A DNA stretch of 64,000 bases from a virus (lineage: Duplodnaviria > Caudoviricetes): the IMG/VR virus record IMGVR_UViG_3300028833_000057, positions 64,001 to 128,000 of that record; one strand, 5' to 3'. How positions within the stretch are numbered: position 1 is the first letter of the stretch; each line of letters starts with the position of its first letter. The translations under genes were made by a program, and so were the position numbers. This document shows, piece by piece, positions 18,419 through 28,386 of the stretch. The notes below the pieces were generated by a model. The model saw only the letters and a list, made by a program, of their open reading frames with translations, ran no database searches and had not been told where the DNA came from.

Positions 18419-19303
18419 TTATCTTTTTTGGTATATTGGCTTATATGGTAAATCTCTTGTCTTAAGTAATTGTAAAACATTATCATAGCTTTTACCAGAT
18501 TCTTTGGACATTTGTTTTACTGTTTTATCTGGACTATACCATGTAAGATCTGAATTACGAACCATGCGTACACGCTTATATGGTAGATTAAGGCGTATTA
18601 ATGCATTTCTAATGCATCCTGCTTTGACACCGCTTTGCTTAGCCATTTCAGGAACAGTTTTATTGGCATCATACCACCAAGATAAATCATCATAATTCAA
18701 TGGATCTTTTATTATACCTTGTAGATTATACTTATGAGCTATCGTCCTTACATGTTTCTCACTTATGCATAACGTTTTAGCGATAATATAAGCAGGCTGA
18801 CCTTGCATCTTTATGATTTTATCAGCTAAATCTTTTGATTTAGCATCTTTAATAGATTGCTTTTTCTTGAAATATTCGTCAGATAATCCACTGGATATTA
18901 TTATTTGCCTTATGCTTTCATGAGATAATCCTGCTTTTTCTGCCATTTGGCGCAGAGATAATGTAGGATCATACCATGATGGCTTAGACAATATTTTATG
19001 ATGAACTTCTTTTTTATATGGCAATTTAAGTTCATTCAAGATTGTATATATCGCAGAAGTATACGTTCCAGATATCCTTGCCATTTGGCGAACAGTAAGC
19101 TTTTTATCATACCAGTCTTTCAAATTGGAATCTGCTATTTGTCTTACCTTTTTATAAGGTAAATTTTTGGTTATTAATGTATTATAGATAACCATAGGCT
19201 TTTTACCAGCAGCCTTAGCCATTTCTCTGACTGTCAACTCTGGTGAATACCATATAGGTATTTTTGATGAAACTCTATGATGAATTCGGTTTAAATCTTT
19301 CAT
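18419..19303 (-). CDS. tandem HTH-repeat ('PEWY') protein, paralog 1
   Basis: About 6 units of WY-x4-T-xx-(E/Q)M-x4-G-x5-I-x3-L-x4-LPYK. Confidence 0.75.
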   Translation of the reverse strand: MKDLNRIHHRVSSKIPIWYSPELTVREMAKAAGKKPMVIYNTLITKNLPYKKVRQIADSNLKDWYDKKLTVRQMARISGTYTSAIYTILNELKLPYKKEVHHKILSKPSWYDPTLSLRQMAEKAGLSHESIRQIIISSGLSDEYFKKKQSIKDAKSKDLADKIIKMQGQPAYIIAKTLCISEKHVRTIAHKYNLQGIIKDPLNYDDLSWWYDANKTVPEMAKQSGVKAGCIRNALIRLNLPYKRVRMVRNSDLTWYSPDKTVKQMSKESGKSYDNVLQLLKTRDLPYKPIYQKR

Positions 19304-19400
19304 AATGGCTCCTTGTTAAAATTATTAAACCATTATTTAATATAAGCAAATTCATAAGAAATTTACAGAAAAATAAAAGACCATACGAAAGTATGGTCTT

Positions 19401-19898
19401 TTATACTGCTTCTCTATTTTCTAATTCCAAAATATAATCTGGTGGAGGATAGAGTGCTTTATATTGCGGTGATGCAAATATTTCTTGCTCTATATCATTC
19501 TTAACTTCTAAGAATATATGTAAGGCTACATGAATATTCTCAAATTTCTTTTTATATTTATATGGATTATGTTTATATTTGTCAGGTATGAATACATTAT
19601 CTTTTATAAATATTAGTAAGAAAGATTCTTTGATAGAATCAGGTAAAGTCCTGAATTCCAATCTATCTGTAGCCTTATCAAGATCTTCATCATAAGATTT
19701 ATAAAAGAAGTCTTCAGAAGATCTAGCTTCAGAAAATATCTCATATACTCTATCAATGACTATATTATTAAATAATTTCATTTCATATTCATCATCTAGG
19801 TTCCAAGCTCTATAATAGCTCTTTCTAACTTCAGGTAGACCATCGCTCTTAGCCATTTCCAAGAGAATATGCTTCATATAGTCTTCTAACATAAACAC
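19401..19898 (-). CDS. hypothetical protein
   Basis: 165-aa ORF followed by terminator 19377-19400. Confidence 0.65.
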   Translation of the reverse strand: MFMLEDYMKHILLEMAKSDGLPEVRKSYYRAWNLDDEYEMKLFNNIVIDRVYEIFSEARSSEDFFYKSYDEDLDKATDRLEFRTLPDSIKESFLLIFIKDNVFIPDKYKHNPYKYKKKFENIHVALHIFLEVKNDIEQEIFASPQYKALYPPPDYILELENREAV

Positions 19899-19919
19899 AC
19901 CTACCTTTATGGAAAAGTA

Positions 19920-20210
19920 CTATTTCCAAAATATTAAATAGTGTATATAATTTTTATCTTCTTCCGGTAAATAAAATTCATATTTACAAATTAATGAAAA
20001 TCCTGCAGCTGATAGTTCTTCAATAAACTTACTTTGTTTTGCCTTAGATACATCTACTTCAATTTGTTTTTCACATCTGCAAATTGCTTGTGTGACTTTA
20101 TGTTCGACATATCTGATAAGTGCATTATATGGTTTATCGGCTGGATCTACAGCACTCGCTTTAAGTTCATCATATATTTTAGTTAAAGGCTTCATGCCAA
20201 AATACCCCAT
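19920..20210 (-). CDS. hypothetical protein
   Basis: Small ORF in a minus-strand operon. Confidence 0.6.
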   Translation of the reverse strand: MGYFGMKPLTKIYDELKASAVDPADKPYNALIRYVEHKVTQAICRCEKQIEVDVSKAKQSKFIEELSAAGFSLICKYEFYLPEEDKNYIHYLIFWK

Positions 20211-20545
20211 TTATTGTGTAAAAGTTCGTTCATTCTTAAGCCAAAGATTCTATGTAAATTCTCTATTTTGCCATTAGAAGCATACTTCCAAACCTCATGG
20301 CTTAATTTATCCATTTTATCATGGATCTCTTCGTATTCCATTTTATTTAAAGGCTTAGTATCTAAAATATGACCCCAATGCCTAGCTTGCATTCTAAGTA
20401 ATTCACAGTAGTTTGATCTACTACGTTCAATATATTCTTTAGATGATATTAATTTGGTTTCGAGAGTATACAACATATGTCTACAGTCTAGAACTGTCTC
20501 GCAAGTAGCAAATGCATGCTCTAGTTCTTCATCAGTGAATAACAT
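20192..20545 (-). CDS. hypothetical protein
   Basis: AGGAG RBS, early promoter at 20567-20574. Confidence 0.7.
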   Translation of the reverse strand: MLFTDEELEHAFATCETVLDCRHMLYTLETKLISSKEYIERSRSNYCELLRMQARHWGHILDTKPLNKMEYEEIHDKMDKLSHEVWKYASNGKIENLHRIFGLRMNELLHNKWGILA

Positions 20546-20618
20546 AATTGCTCCTAATTTCAGTATTTAATATAAAAAATAAAACGGTATTCCATATGGA
20601 ATACCGTCTTATTTGGTT

Positions 20619-20894
20619 TTAGGATTCGTCTTTTCTTTTAAGTATAACTTCAGACTCATGTGTATCATCTAAGCACTTCTTTTCGCCATCATATCGTGCC
20701 ATTTCAGCAAGATGGAGATTAAGCTCAAAAAGTTTATCATACTGGCGTTTCTGGCTATTTAGTAAGGTTTTATAAATATCGGCCCATCTTTTCCAGTAAA
20801 TTGTACTCATTAGTAATAATGCTGCTGTAAATGCAAGGAAGATAATTATAATAACTAATTGTAAATTATTCATTTTGTTTTTCTTCTTTTTCAA
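20619..20894 (-). CDS. small membrane protein
   Basis: Hydrophobic stretch LVIIIIFLAFTAALLLM. Confidence 0.6.
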   Translation of the reverse strand: MKKKKNKMNNLQLVIIIIFLAFTAALLLMSTIYWKRWADIYKTLLNSQKRQYDKLFELNLHLAEMARYDGEKKCLDDTHESEVILKRKDES

Positions 20895-21381
20895 ATTTTT
20901 CTTTTAGTCTAAGGTAAGTCTTATACTCTGTTGCTCTTTTTCTTTCTTCATTCGCTTTATCAAGCATATTTTTATGGCGTTGTCTCTCTGCTTCTACACG
21001 CTCAAGAGTATCAATCCATCGTTTCTTAATTTCTAATAATTCTATATTACTATATTTCGAAAAGCGAGATATCATTAAATACATATCTTCATCGTCAGAA
21101 CTATCTATGTCTATATTATCATCTGCACTGGTGACATGTACTATAAAATAGTCTTCGCCTTTGGTAACTGTTTTCTTTAAGCGCTTAAAAGCACGAATTT
21201 CATCTAATGTAGTACTATCTGCTTGGCTAATACCTAACCCTGCCAACCATTGATCTATTATCATACTATATTTTACAAATATATCATCTGCTGTCATAAT
21301 ATTGGTGATATATTTTATTTTTTCTTCAAGAGCTTTATATGCTTCTTGAAATAATTTTTCTATTTCTGCAAAATCTCGCAT
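20866..21381 (-). CDS. hypothetical protein
   Basis: 171-aa ORF with charged coiled-coil end. Confidence 0.65.
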   Translation of the reverse strand: MRDFAEIEKLFQEAYKALEEKIKYITNIMTADDIFVKYSMIIDQWLAGLGISQADSTTLDEIRAFKRLKKTVTKGEDYFIVHVTSADDNIDIDSSDDEDMYLMISRFSKYSNIELLEIKKRWIDTLERVEAERQRHKNMLDKANEERKRATEYKTYLRLKEKFEKEEKQNE

Positions 21382-21827
21382 AGTAAGTAGTCCGGTTCAG
21401 TTAGTTTTATATATCCATCGTATCTATGGGCATCATCGCAATCACCCTTTGTGATACTCAAAGATGTTATTTCTTTAATACTGCTTAGAATTCTATCCTT
21501 TAAATATTTTGAAATTTGGCGATATTCAAAGTAGAAATTATCAGTACAATTATATGCTTTACTATCTACATCCAATCTAAATCCACCATCAAACGGAAGG
21601 AAGTTTATCCTATTCTCTGAAGCATAAGGCTTAGTTTTAAAATTAATAACAATTCTTATCTTCAGGAATTTTAAGACCCTGTCGCTATGTCCAGCAATGT
21701 AATCTTCTATATCTTTTATACACTTAGGAATTAGTTTGCATGTTTCGTCTACTTCTTTCTTTATCATCTCAAATCTTGTCTTATGCTTTTCTTTATAGTT
21801 TTCTACAAGCCTTTCTTCTATAGTCAT
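21360..21827 (-). CDS. hypothetical protein
   Basis: 155 aa, AGGAG RBS. Confidence 0.7.
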   Translation of the reverse strand: MTIEERLVENYKEKHKTRFEMIKKEVDETCKLIPKCIKDIEDYIAGHSDRVLKFLKIRIVINFKTKPYASENRINFLPFDGGFRLDVDSKAYNCTDNFYFEYRQISKYLKDRILSSIKEITSLSITKGDCDDAHRYDGYIKLTEPDYLLCEILQK

Positions 21828-21838
21828 ACTATCTCCTA

Positions 21839-22267
21839 TTAGTCACTATATAAACATTTTTGTACAACTTTATCGCCAAATCTTATTTCATTATCAAGCG
21901 GTGTTGGTGGTAATTCTATCCAGAATTCTATATCGTCACGTCGTATATCATTATGCTCATCATCAGTTAAATATGTATATACTGCACCATCACCGCCTTC
22001 ATCATTAAGACCAAAGCCTTCAATATGCTCGCCATCTTTATTAATTATAAGGAAATGATGTACATCCCATCCATCGATAGCATCATAGATATCTTCTTCT
22101 TTTTGTCTATGCCAAAACTTTTTAGCTAGCTCTTCTTTAAGTTCTTCTATAGCTTCTTTGACATCTTTATTATCTATTTTGAGATCGTCTACTTTAAATG
22201 TAACTTTATGCTCAGCATAAAATTCTCTAACAGACTTAGCTTCTCTAGTTGTAATTACAGTATGCAT
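21839..22267 (-). CDS. hypothetical protein
   Basis: 142 aa, AAGGAGG RBS, early promoter at about 22296. Confidence 0.75.
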   Translation of the reverse strand: MHTVITTREAKSVREFYAEHKVTFKVDDLKIDNKDVKEAIEELKEELAKKFWHRQKEEDIYDAIDGWDVHHFLIINKDGEHIEGFGLNDEGGDGAVYTYLTDDEHNDIRRDDIEFWIELPPTPLDNEIRFGDKVVQKCLYSD

Positions 22268-22312
22268 ATATCCTCCTTATGCTTAATTTCTTATTTTAAT
22301 ATAAAAAATAAA

Positions 22313-22328
22313 AAGCCCCGAAGGGCTT
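22313..22328 (-). terminator. repeated cUUCGg terminator AAGCCC-TTCG-GGGCTT (copy 1 of 6)
   Basis: Other copies at 24127-24142, 27001-27016 (1 mismatch), 28370-28385, 30012-30027, 32080-32095; each is followed by a T-rich tail on the minus strand. Confidence 0.85.
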
Positions 22329-22330
22329 GA

Positions 22331-22906
22331 TTATAATACCGCATGACTAAATTTTTTCTTAAAAGGTAAATTCCTATTCCTTAAATATCCATATATACAC
22401 TGTTCGGATAAACCAGACAGATAAGACATTTCGCTTAAATCTCTATCTGGAGAATACCATTTGCCTATTTCTATATCATGATCTTTTAATCTAAAATATT
22501 CTAACTTATGCTTATTTAAAAATGATTTAACATTAACCATAGGTATGCCTGACAAGAGACTCATTTCTTGTATCGTTAAATTCTTATTATAGAATTTAAT
22601 AAATTCATCGAATGAATACCTTTTAAATATATGATAACCTGACGGTCGTTGACATTTTTTATAATGCAATTTACTACTTCGCAATATATGATAAACCACA
22701 TCATAAGATAAACCAGATATAGCAGACATTTCATATATGGTTTTATTTTTATCGTACCATTCAGGTATTGATTTCTTTTTCTTATAGCTTTTACATTTTA
22801 AATTTAGTTTATTAAGATAATATGATATTGCGGTACGACATAATCCAGCTTTTTCAGACATTTCTCTTATAGTAAGCTCTGGATTATACCACTCTGGAAT
22901 ATCCAT
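22331..22906 (-). CDS. tandem HTH-repeat ('PEWY') protein, paralog 2
   Basis: 4 repeat units; colinear with the 191-aa paralog at 28387-28962. Confidence 0.8.
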   Translation of the reverse strand: MDIPEWYNPELTIREMSEKAGLCRTAISYYLNKLNLKCKSYKKKKSIPEWYDKNKTIYEMSAISGLSYDVVYHILRSSKLHYKKCQRPSGYHIFKRYSFDEFIKFYNKNLTIQEMSLLSGIPMVNVKSFLNKHKLEYFRLKDHDIEIGKWYSPDRDLSEMSYLSGLSEQCIYGYLRNRNLPFKKKFSHAVL

Positions 22907-23009
22907 ATAAACCTCCTATGCTAATGATTTACGAATATTCATTATTTAATATATATCGCGGTATATAGAAAATACGAAAAATAAAAAAGCGGCATTCCAG
23001 CCGCTAGAA

Positions 23010-24041
23010 TTATTTTGATCTGGCAAATACATGCTTAAAAAGAACTTCTGGATGGTTGATGTATAACCACCTTTCCATATTTTTATATCCGATACGGCAG
23101 ATCTTGGCGAATTTTTCAATCGTCATATCCTTATTCCAGAAAGATGCAAATTTATCTGGAACTTCAGAAAGATGATCTTTGAGTCTTCGCTTTTTCTTTA
23201 TCCAAAGTTTATCTGGGTGGTACTTTCTGAGCCAGTCTCTTACTGACGTAGGATTTGCCCCAATAAGATCACTATATTCTTTAATAGACATACCATCGTG
23301 CCAATGCTTCTGAAAATTTTCTTCGCTATTTTTATAGTTTCTATTACCATATCTTTTTTCTGGATGATATTTTGACATCCATTTATATACAGATACGACA
23401 CTAGCCCCTATAATATCGGCATATTCTTCATAAGTCATGAGGTCATTCCAGTATTTCTGAAAATTTTCTTCACTATTAATAACATCGGCCTTACCCTTTT
23501 TAAATTTTAAATTATGTCTTCTTAATAGTGCACCAAGAGTACGAAGTTTAATTCTAGATTCCTTTGCCATTTGATCAAGTGTTTTATTTGGATGATACCA
23601 CTCGCCAACCTCAAAAGTATTTTTATCTTTTACTTTCTTAAAAGGTAAATTTCTAGAAGTTAGAATCTTTCTAACTTGGCTATTGCTTAACTCAGATATC
23701 TTAACCATTTCCAAGATAGTACAATCCTTGTTATACCACTCAGGAATATCTTGTAGCGACTCTTGGCGAATATCATCAGCAGTCTTAAATTTTAAATTAA
23801 GATGCTTTAATAACGGATATATAGTGGTAACTCCTATCCCAGTCTCTTGAGACATTTGCGTAACGGTTTTATTGGGATCATATACTCGCTTAATATCTTC
23901 GCAGTGTTTATCTATTAGATGCTTATACTTTAGATTTCTTTTAAATATAAATTGTCTTATATTATGCTCAGAAATTCCAGCGCTTTCTGCCATCTGTCTA
24001 ATGGTTTTATTGGAATCATACCATTCTGGTAAAATGTTCAC
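23010..24041 (-). CDS. tandem HTH-repeat ('PEWY') protein, paralog 3
   Basis: 4 PEWY-type units plus 3 'ENFQKYW...WxxKYHP' units; GTG start at 24041 with AAGGAG RBS. Confidence 0.78.
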   Translation of the reverse strand: MNILPEWYDSNKTIRQMAESAGISEHNIRQFIFKRNLKYKHLIDKHCEDIKRVYDPNKTVTQMSQETGIGVTTIYPLLKHLNLKFKTADDIRQESLQDIPEWYNKDCTILEMVKISELSNSQVRKILTSRNLPFKKVKDKNTFEVGEWYHPNKTLDQMAKESRIKLRTLGALLRRHNLKFKKGKADVINSEENFQKYWNDLMTYEEYADIIGASVVSVYKWMSKYHPEKRYGNRNYKNSEENFQKHWHDGMSIKEYSDLIGANPTSVRDWLRKYHPDKLWIKKKRRLKDHLSEVPDKFASFWNKDMTIEKFAKICRIGYKNMERWLYINHPEVLFKHVFARSK

Positions 24042-24077
24042 GATTAGGCTCCTTGTTAGATGCAATAACATTATCGC

Positions 24078-24120
24078 ATCATTATTTAATATATGCTGTG
24101 GTACATAGAAAATACGAAAA
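24078..24120 (-). repeat. promoter cassette repeat (43 bp, 1 mismatch to 24478-24520)
   Basis: ATCATTATTTAATATATGCTGTG(G/T)TACATAGAAAATACGAAAA occurs twice, 400 bp apart. Confidence 0.9.
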
Positions 24121-24172
24121 AATAAAAGCCCCGAAGGGCTTGATATAGAACTAATATTTTATAAAATATCTT

Positions 24173-24442
24173 TTACAGTAGGAAGGATGGCAACGCATTA
24201 GATTCAATCTTATAAGATATTTTTTGTGAATTTGGTGAATAGCATTTCATTACCGTCATCTCTGAGGATGAACTTAGTTTCTTGCATTTTATCTCTATTT
24301 CTATACAACAATTGTTATTGAAACTTACATTAGCTGAAACGATAGATATATCATTCCCAAGATTCTTTACTTCTTCTATAAATGCTTTCTTTTCTTGAAG
24401 AATGTCATTCGTAGCTTTAAGTAAAGGATTATTTTTGTTCAT
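24173..24442 (-). CDS. hypothetical protein in a single-gene cassette
   Basis: Own promoter, RBS and terminator. Confidence 0.7.
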   Translation of the reverse strand: MNKNNPLLKATNDILQEKKAFIEEVKNLGNDISIVSANVSFNNNCCIEIEIKCKKLSSSSEMTVMKCYSPNSQKISYKIESNALPSFLL

Positions 24443-24519
24443 AATGGCTCCTTTAATAGATACAACGGAATTGTTGTATCATTATTTAATATATGCTGTG
24501 TTACATAGAAAATACGAAA

Positions 24520-24635
24520 AAAAAGACGTAGGTTTTGAAACCCCCTACGTCCATGCCACTTCCGTTCCTAAGGGCATTCTCTGCTCTGACCCATATTGGA
24601 AACTTGATTACTCAAGCAGAGCAATGGTTTCTTGA
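24520..24635 (-). ncRNA. structured 3' RNA element related to the 38.9-kb RNA
   Basis: TGCTCTG/CAGAGCA stem, CTTGA-GTAA-TCAAG GNRA hairpin, terminal hairpin 24525-24551; shares sequence with 38888-38906. Confidence 0.45.
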
Positions 24636-24811
24636 GGAAGTCTACAGTTATAAAGCTCATCAGTCTTAAGGATTCCGCAATACTTGTAGAACCACCAGAA
24701 GATCTTTTTATATACATATACTATATGATAAATTCTACGGTCAATTTCATGGCTATCGTCAATATACCACTTATATTTACTGGCTATTGGTTGTATTCTC
24801 GGAATCTTCAT
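24608..24811 (-). CDS. small hypothetical protein
   Basis: 67 aa, AAGGA RBS. Confidence 0.6.
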   Translation of the reverse strand: MKIPRIQPIASKYKWYIDDSHEIDRRIYHIVYVYKKIFWWFYKYCGILKTDELYNCRLPQETIALLE

Positions 24812-24830
24812 TGTAGACTTCCTTAAAGAT

Positions 24831-25427
24831 TTATTCGTCTTTAGTATGTAAGATAAAACTTACTGTATTAAGATACTGTGATACTGTAGGTAAGCCTATA
24901 ATGCTACGGATAATCTGCATGAAGTTACAAATGTCTTTAAGACCTACAACTGCACGGAATCCTTCGTGAGCACTATTTTTGGATTCGAAGATTAACCCAT
25001 GGCAACTATTCTTGCTATTTTCTACGGAAATTCTTAAGTCACCATACTGTAAAGGTGCAGGTTCTTTAATTTCCCTGATATCTATACAATCTAATTGCTT
25101 ACAATAATCAAATAGATTATAGAAGAATGTCTCATTAGAAGCCCAAGGGATTTCCATAAGCATTGCAGGACCTTCTTCTGCATTATTGATAAAGCATAAG
25201 GCATCATATGTATCATCGCCTTTGGCAAATGCCAAAGAACAGTTAGTGGGTACATACCATTCTTTATCTTTATATATCATATCATATGCAAATTGCGTAA
25301 AGTCTACGCCTTTATTGCCATCAGGTTGAACTGATTTAGTATTATAAATATAACCAAGCCTGAAGTTACAGGTCTTGGCTCTTTGCGTGTTTTGTCTTGT
25401 TGTCATTAATAACCTCATCTGTTTCAT
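24831..25427 (-). CDS. hypothetical protein
   Basis: 198-aa ORF. Confidence 0.65.
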   Translation of the reverse strand: MKQMRLLMTTRQNTQRAKTCNFRLGYIYNTKSVQPDGNKGVDFTQFAYDMIYKDKEWYVPTNCSLAFAKGDDTYDALCFINNAEEGPAMLMEIPWASNETFFYNLFDYCKQLDCIDIREIKEPAPLQYGDLRISVENSKNSCHGLIFESKNSAHEGFRAVVGLKDICNFMQIIRSIIGLPTVSQYLNTVSFILHTKDE

Positions 25428-25540
25428 TTAAAGTCTTATTACATTTTTCTATAACACTATCTCCAAAAATTATCTTTTCAAATATAATATAGAATTTCTC
25501 TAATAAGTAATCTATAGGATTATAATAACTTCTAGCCATT

Positions 25541-26329
25541 TTAGAATCCCGTTTGTGCGGATATATAGTGAATCGGTTTACCCTTAGAGGTTCCAACGAT
25601 TTCTACATAGTAGTCTTCATATTCTTGGCTATATTTAATATATGCAAAGCCTGTAAAGTCTTCTATGACAGTACCTTGGGCCTTTGTAGGTCTCTTCTCT
25701 ATATACCATGCGTTTACATCACAGACACAGACCTTAGCTGCATCTGCACAAAATTCTCCAACTGGTTTCTTGGTATCGTAATCAAACAGAGTACAAGACC
25801 AATCACCATATACTGTAGTTTGGAGAATGAAGCATTCTAAGTTTGCATCATATTCGTCTATATCTTCCTTAAGGATATAACATGGATCTGTAATAGCTAT
25901 ATCCTTATGGGAGAATTCTTGATATTTATCAGTTAGACCTTTCTTACGGTCTTCCTGAAGCACTTCATATCCAATCATTTTCCAATAGGTAGCCGCTGCA
26001 TCATAAATATGCCATTTAAGGAATTCTTCTGGATTCCAAGAATAATAGGTAGTATCTTCCTTAGTAACAAGATGTTTGCTATGCCTTAATTCCGTTTGAG
26101 GAACTTTTAAGGCAAGGTTCATACATTCGCTATATCTACGGAATAATTCTACATTTCCCAGCTTAAAATGAATGGGCTTTGCTAAATTCTTAGCTTCTTG
26201 AAATTCTTCTTTCTTTTCAGCATAATAGATATATCTCGGAACTGGCTTCCCTTCTTTCTCTAATCTTTCTCTAATTCTAGATTCTACACAGTTTGCCATA
26301 TCATATCCTATTTGACTGTAATGTGCCAT
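25541..26329 (-). CDS. conserved phage hypothetical protein (ITDPCY / TxYGDW / FCAD motifs)
   Basis: Motif set resembles DUF4241-like phage proteins. Confidence 0.55.
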   Translation of the reverse strand: MAHYSQIGYDMANCVESRIRERLEKEGKPVPRYIYYAEKKEEFQEAKNLAKPIHFKLGNVELFRRYSECMNLALKVPQTELRHSKHLVTKEDTTYYSWNPEEFLKWHIYDAAATYWKMIGYEVLQEDRKKGLTDKYQEFSHKDIAITDPCYILKEDIDEYDANLECFILQTTVYGDWSCTLFDYDTKKPVGEFCADAAKVCVCDVNAWYIEKRPTKAQGTVIEDFTGFAYIKYSQEYEDYYVEIVGTSKGKPIHYISAQTGF

Positions 26330-26814
26330 TTATATGGTTTATAACAACACAGGTTTTCATCTTCTAAGGGTTGCTCTTCTACAACACATTCTTGAATGCC
26401 TTTATTGTTCATAGATAAAATGATAGCATTTATAAATTGCGTTAAGATGATTTTTATGATTGCTTCTTCTTCAATCATAAAATCTGGAACGAAAAACCCT
26501 AGGACTATACTATCCGGCATGTATTCTTCCATTTCCACACATTCATCTTGCTCATTATAAATACTAGGGTATGGTTCTAAGTATAGAACGCTATGAGATC
26601 CATTTATGCTATAATGACAAAGAACGATGTTAAATGAATGGAATTCATTATTATTGGCGATAGCATTAAGCCTGTCTGCTATATACCTAGCTGTATTTTC
26701 CGTCATCATATTCTTTACAAATAAATGCAGAAAACTATCACCTAGGTTTCTATTGAAATTATTAACATCATGGCAATAGTTGAAAATATCTTCATAATTA
26801 ATTTGGTCTGTCAT
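26308..26814 (-). CDS. hypothetical protein
   Basis: 168-aa ORF. Confidence 0.65.
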   Translation of the reverse strand: MTDQINYEDIFNYCHDVNNFNRNLGDSFLHLFVKNMMTENTARYIADRLNAIANNNEFHSFNIVLCHYSINGSHSVLYLEPYPSIYNEQDECVEMEEYMPDSIVLGFFVPDFMIEEEAIIKIILTQFINAIILSMNNKGIQECVVEEQPLEDENLCCYKPYKWHITVK

Positions 26815-26826
26815 AAGCTTGGACTC

Positions 26827-26955
26827 TCAAAGTGCTTGCTTTGCAAAGTCATTAAGTACGCATGGATTAATCTGGTCAGCATCGAAAGTGATTCTATATT
26901 CTTCTATAAACTCTTGTGTGCCTTCAATACGTTTAGTACTAATTAAAGTGTGCAT
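26827..26955 (-). pseudogene. 42-aa ORF, probable truncated paralog of 21839-22267
   Basis: MHTLISTKRIEGTQEFIEEYRITFDAD versus MHTVITTREAKSVREFYAEHKVTFKVD; same upstream context. Confidence 0.5.
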
Positions 26956-27020
26956 AGATTCTCCGTGGATGTATTCGCTTAATTTAATATAAAAAAATAA
27001 AAGCCACGAAGGGCTTGATA

Positions 27021-27803
27021 TTATAATACTGTAAATTTATTCTTAATTCTAGCATACGATAAATTACGTCTGTATAAAAGAGCATATAGATCTGCTAAAC
27101 TTATTCCAGATTCAAAAGACATTTCTTCAGCAGTCTTATTAGGCGAATACCATTCTCCTATGAGAAAATCTTTATATATTTTCCGATATTTAAGATGATG
27201 TCCATTTAAGAAGCTTCTCACTTTTTTCTCTGGAATTTTTGATAAAAGACTGATTTCTTTAACGGTTAAATTTTCATTGTAGTATTGCATAAAGTTATGT
27301 ATATTATATTGCCTTTTATGTAATTTTTTACTTACAGTTGTTTTATATTTGTAAGATAAATTTAATCGCTTTAGAATTACGCTAATACGTGAATAACTCT
27401 TTCCCGCTTTATCTGCCATTTCTTGAATTGTACTATTAGGGTCATACCATTCTGGGATATCTGTCCTAGCTACTGATTTAACAGCTATTTTTTGAATTTT
27501 GCTATTATGGTCATACAATTTCACAATATCTGCCCTAGCTTCGTTGGCATGTTTGTATTTAAGCTTATGTCCAAGTAGATAATTTCTAATTGTACCTTTA
27601 CTTTTACCACTAATAGTTGCCATTCCAGCTATAGTAAAATCTTCATTATACCACTCTGGAATATCTGCCTTAGATCCTCTGACATGTTTGTAATTAAGCT
27701 TATGTTTTAGCAAGTATTTTCTAATCGCATATATGCTCTTACCACCGATAGATGCCATTTCTTTTACAGTATAATCTTCATCGTACCACTCGGGAATATT
27801 CAT
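27021..27803 (-). CDS. tandem HTH-repeat ('PEWY') protein, paralog 4
   Basis: 5 units plus a partial one; internal DNA-level duplications (ADIPEWY/TDIPEWY). Confidence 0.8.
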   Translation of the reverse strand: MNIPEWYDEDYTVKEMASIGGKSIYAIRKYLLKHKLNYKHVRGSKADIPEWYNEDFTIAGMATISGKSKGTIRNYLLGHKLKYKHANEARADIVKLYDHNSKIQKIAVKSVARTDIPEWYDPNSTIQEMADKAGKSYSRISVILKRLNLSYKYKTTVSKKLHKRQYNIHNFMQYYNENLTVKEISLLSKIPEKKVRSFLNGHHLKYRKIYKDFLIGEWYSPNKTAEEMSFESGISLADLYALLYRRNLSYARIKNKFTVL

Positions 27804-27910
27804 CTTAAACCTCCTAAATGTTAATGTCTATGAATATCCATTATTTAATATATGAGAAGATAATTTTAAAGTACGAAAAAAAAAAGACCTACATTGTGTA
27901 GGTCTTTTAT

Positions 27911-28285
27911 TTAGCATATAGCATTTATTGCTTTATTCAGGTCATTAATTTTTCCATTATCATCAAGATCCTGATCATTCATTATTGACAAAATTTCATC
28001 CATCTTACGTTGCTTGTAGCCGAGATTCTTATTCTGGAATATTTTTGCCTTTAATTCATAATCCTCCCTTTTTAAAATATTCATACAATTATTTAGAGCG
28101 GACTCCAAATACTTCTCATGATAGATGTCTTCAAGTTTTTGCTTATTTTCAAGCATTTTAGCTTGACAAACAAGCATTTCGTCTTGGATTTTTATTTTCT
28201 TATCCATCGTCTTTACCAGACGCACTGTTGCAATGATTAGAGCACCCATAGCTCCAATACAAATAGGAATGAGATATTCTACCAT
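27911..28285 (-). CDS. membrane-anchored coiled-coil protein
   Basis: Likely start MVEYLIPICIGAMGALII after AAGGAG RBS. Confidence 0.65.
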   Translation of the reverse strand: MVEYLIPICIGAMGALIIATVRLVKTMDKKIKIQDEMLVCQAKMLENKQKLEDIYHEKYLESALNNCMNILKREDYELKAKIFQNKNLGYKQRKMDEILSIMNDQDLDDNGKINDLNKAINAIC

Positions 28286-28327
28286 AATGGCTCCTTTGTT
28301 ATAATGTAACTTAATTGTTACATCATG

Positions 28328-28365
28328 ATTTAATATATAGCGTGGGTCATAGAATTTACGAAAAA
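28328..28365 (-). repeat. promoter cassette repeat (38 bp, identical to 28999-29036)
   Basis: ATTTAATATATAGCGTGGGTCATAGAATTTACGAAAAA flanks the PEWY gene on both sides. Confidence 0.9.
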
Positions 28366-28386
28366 TAAAAAGCCCCGAAGGGCTTA

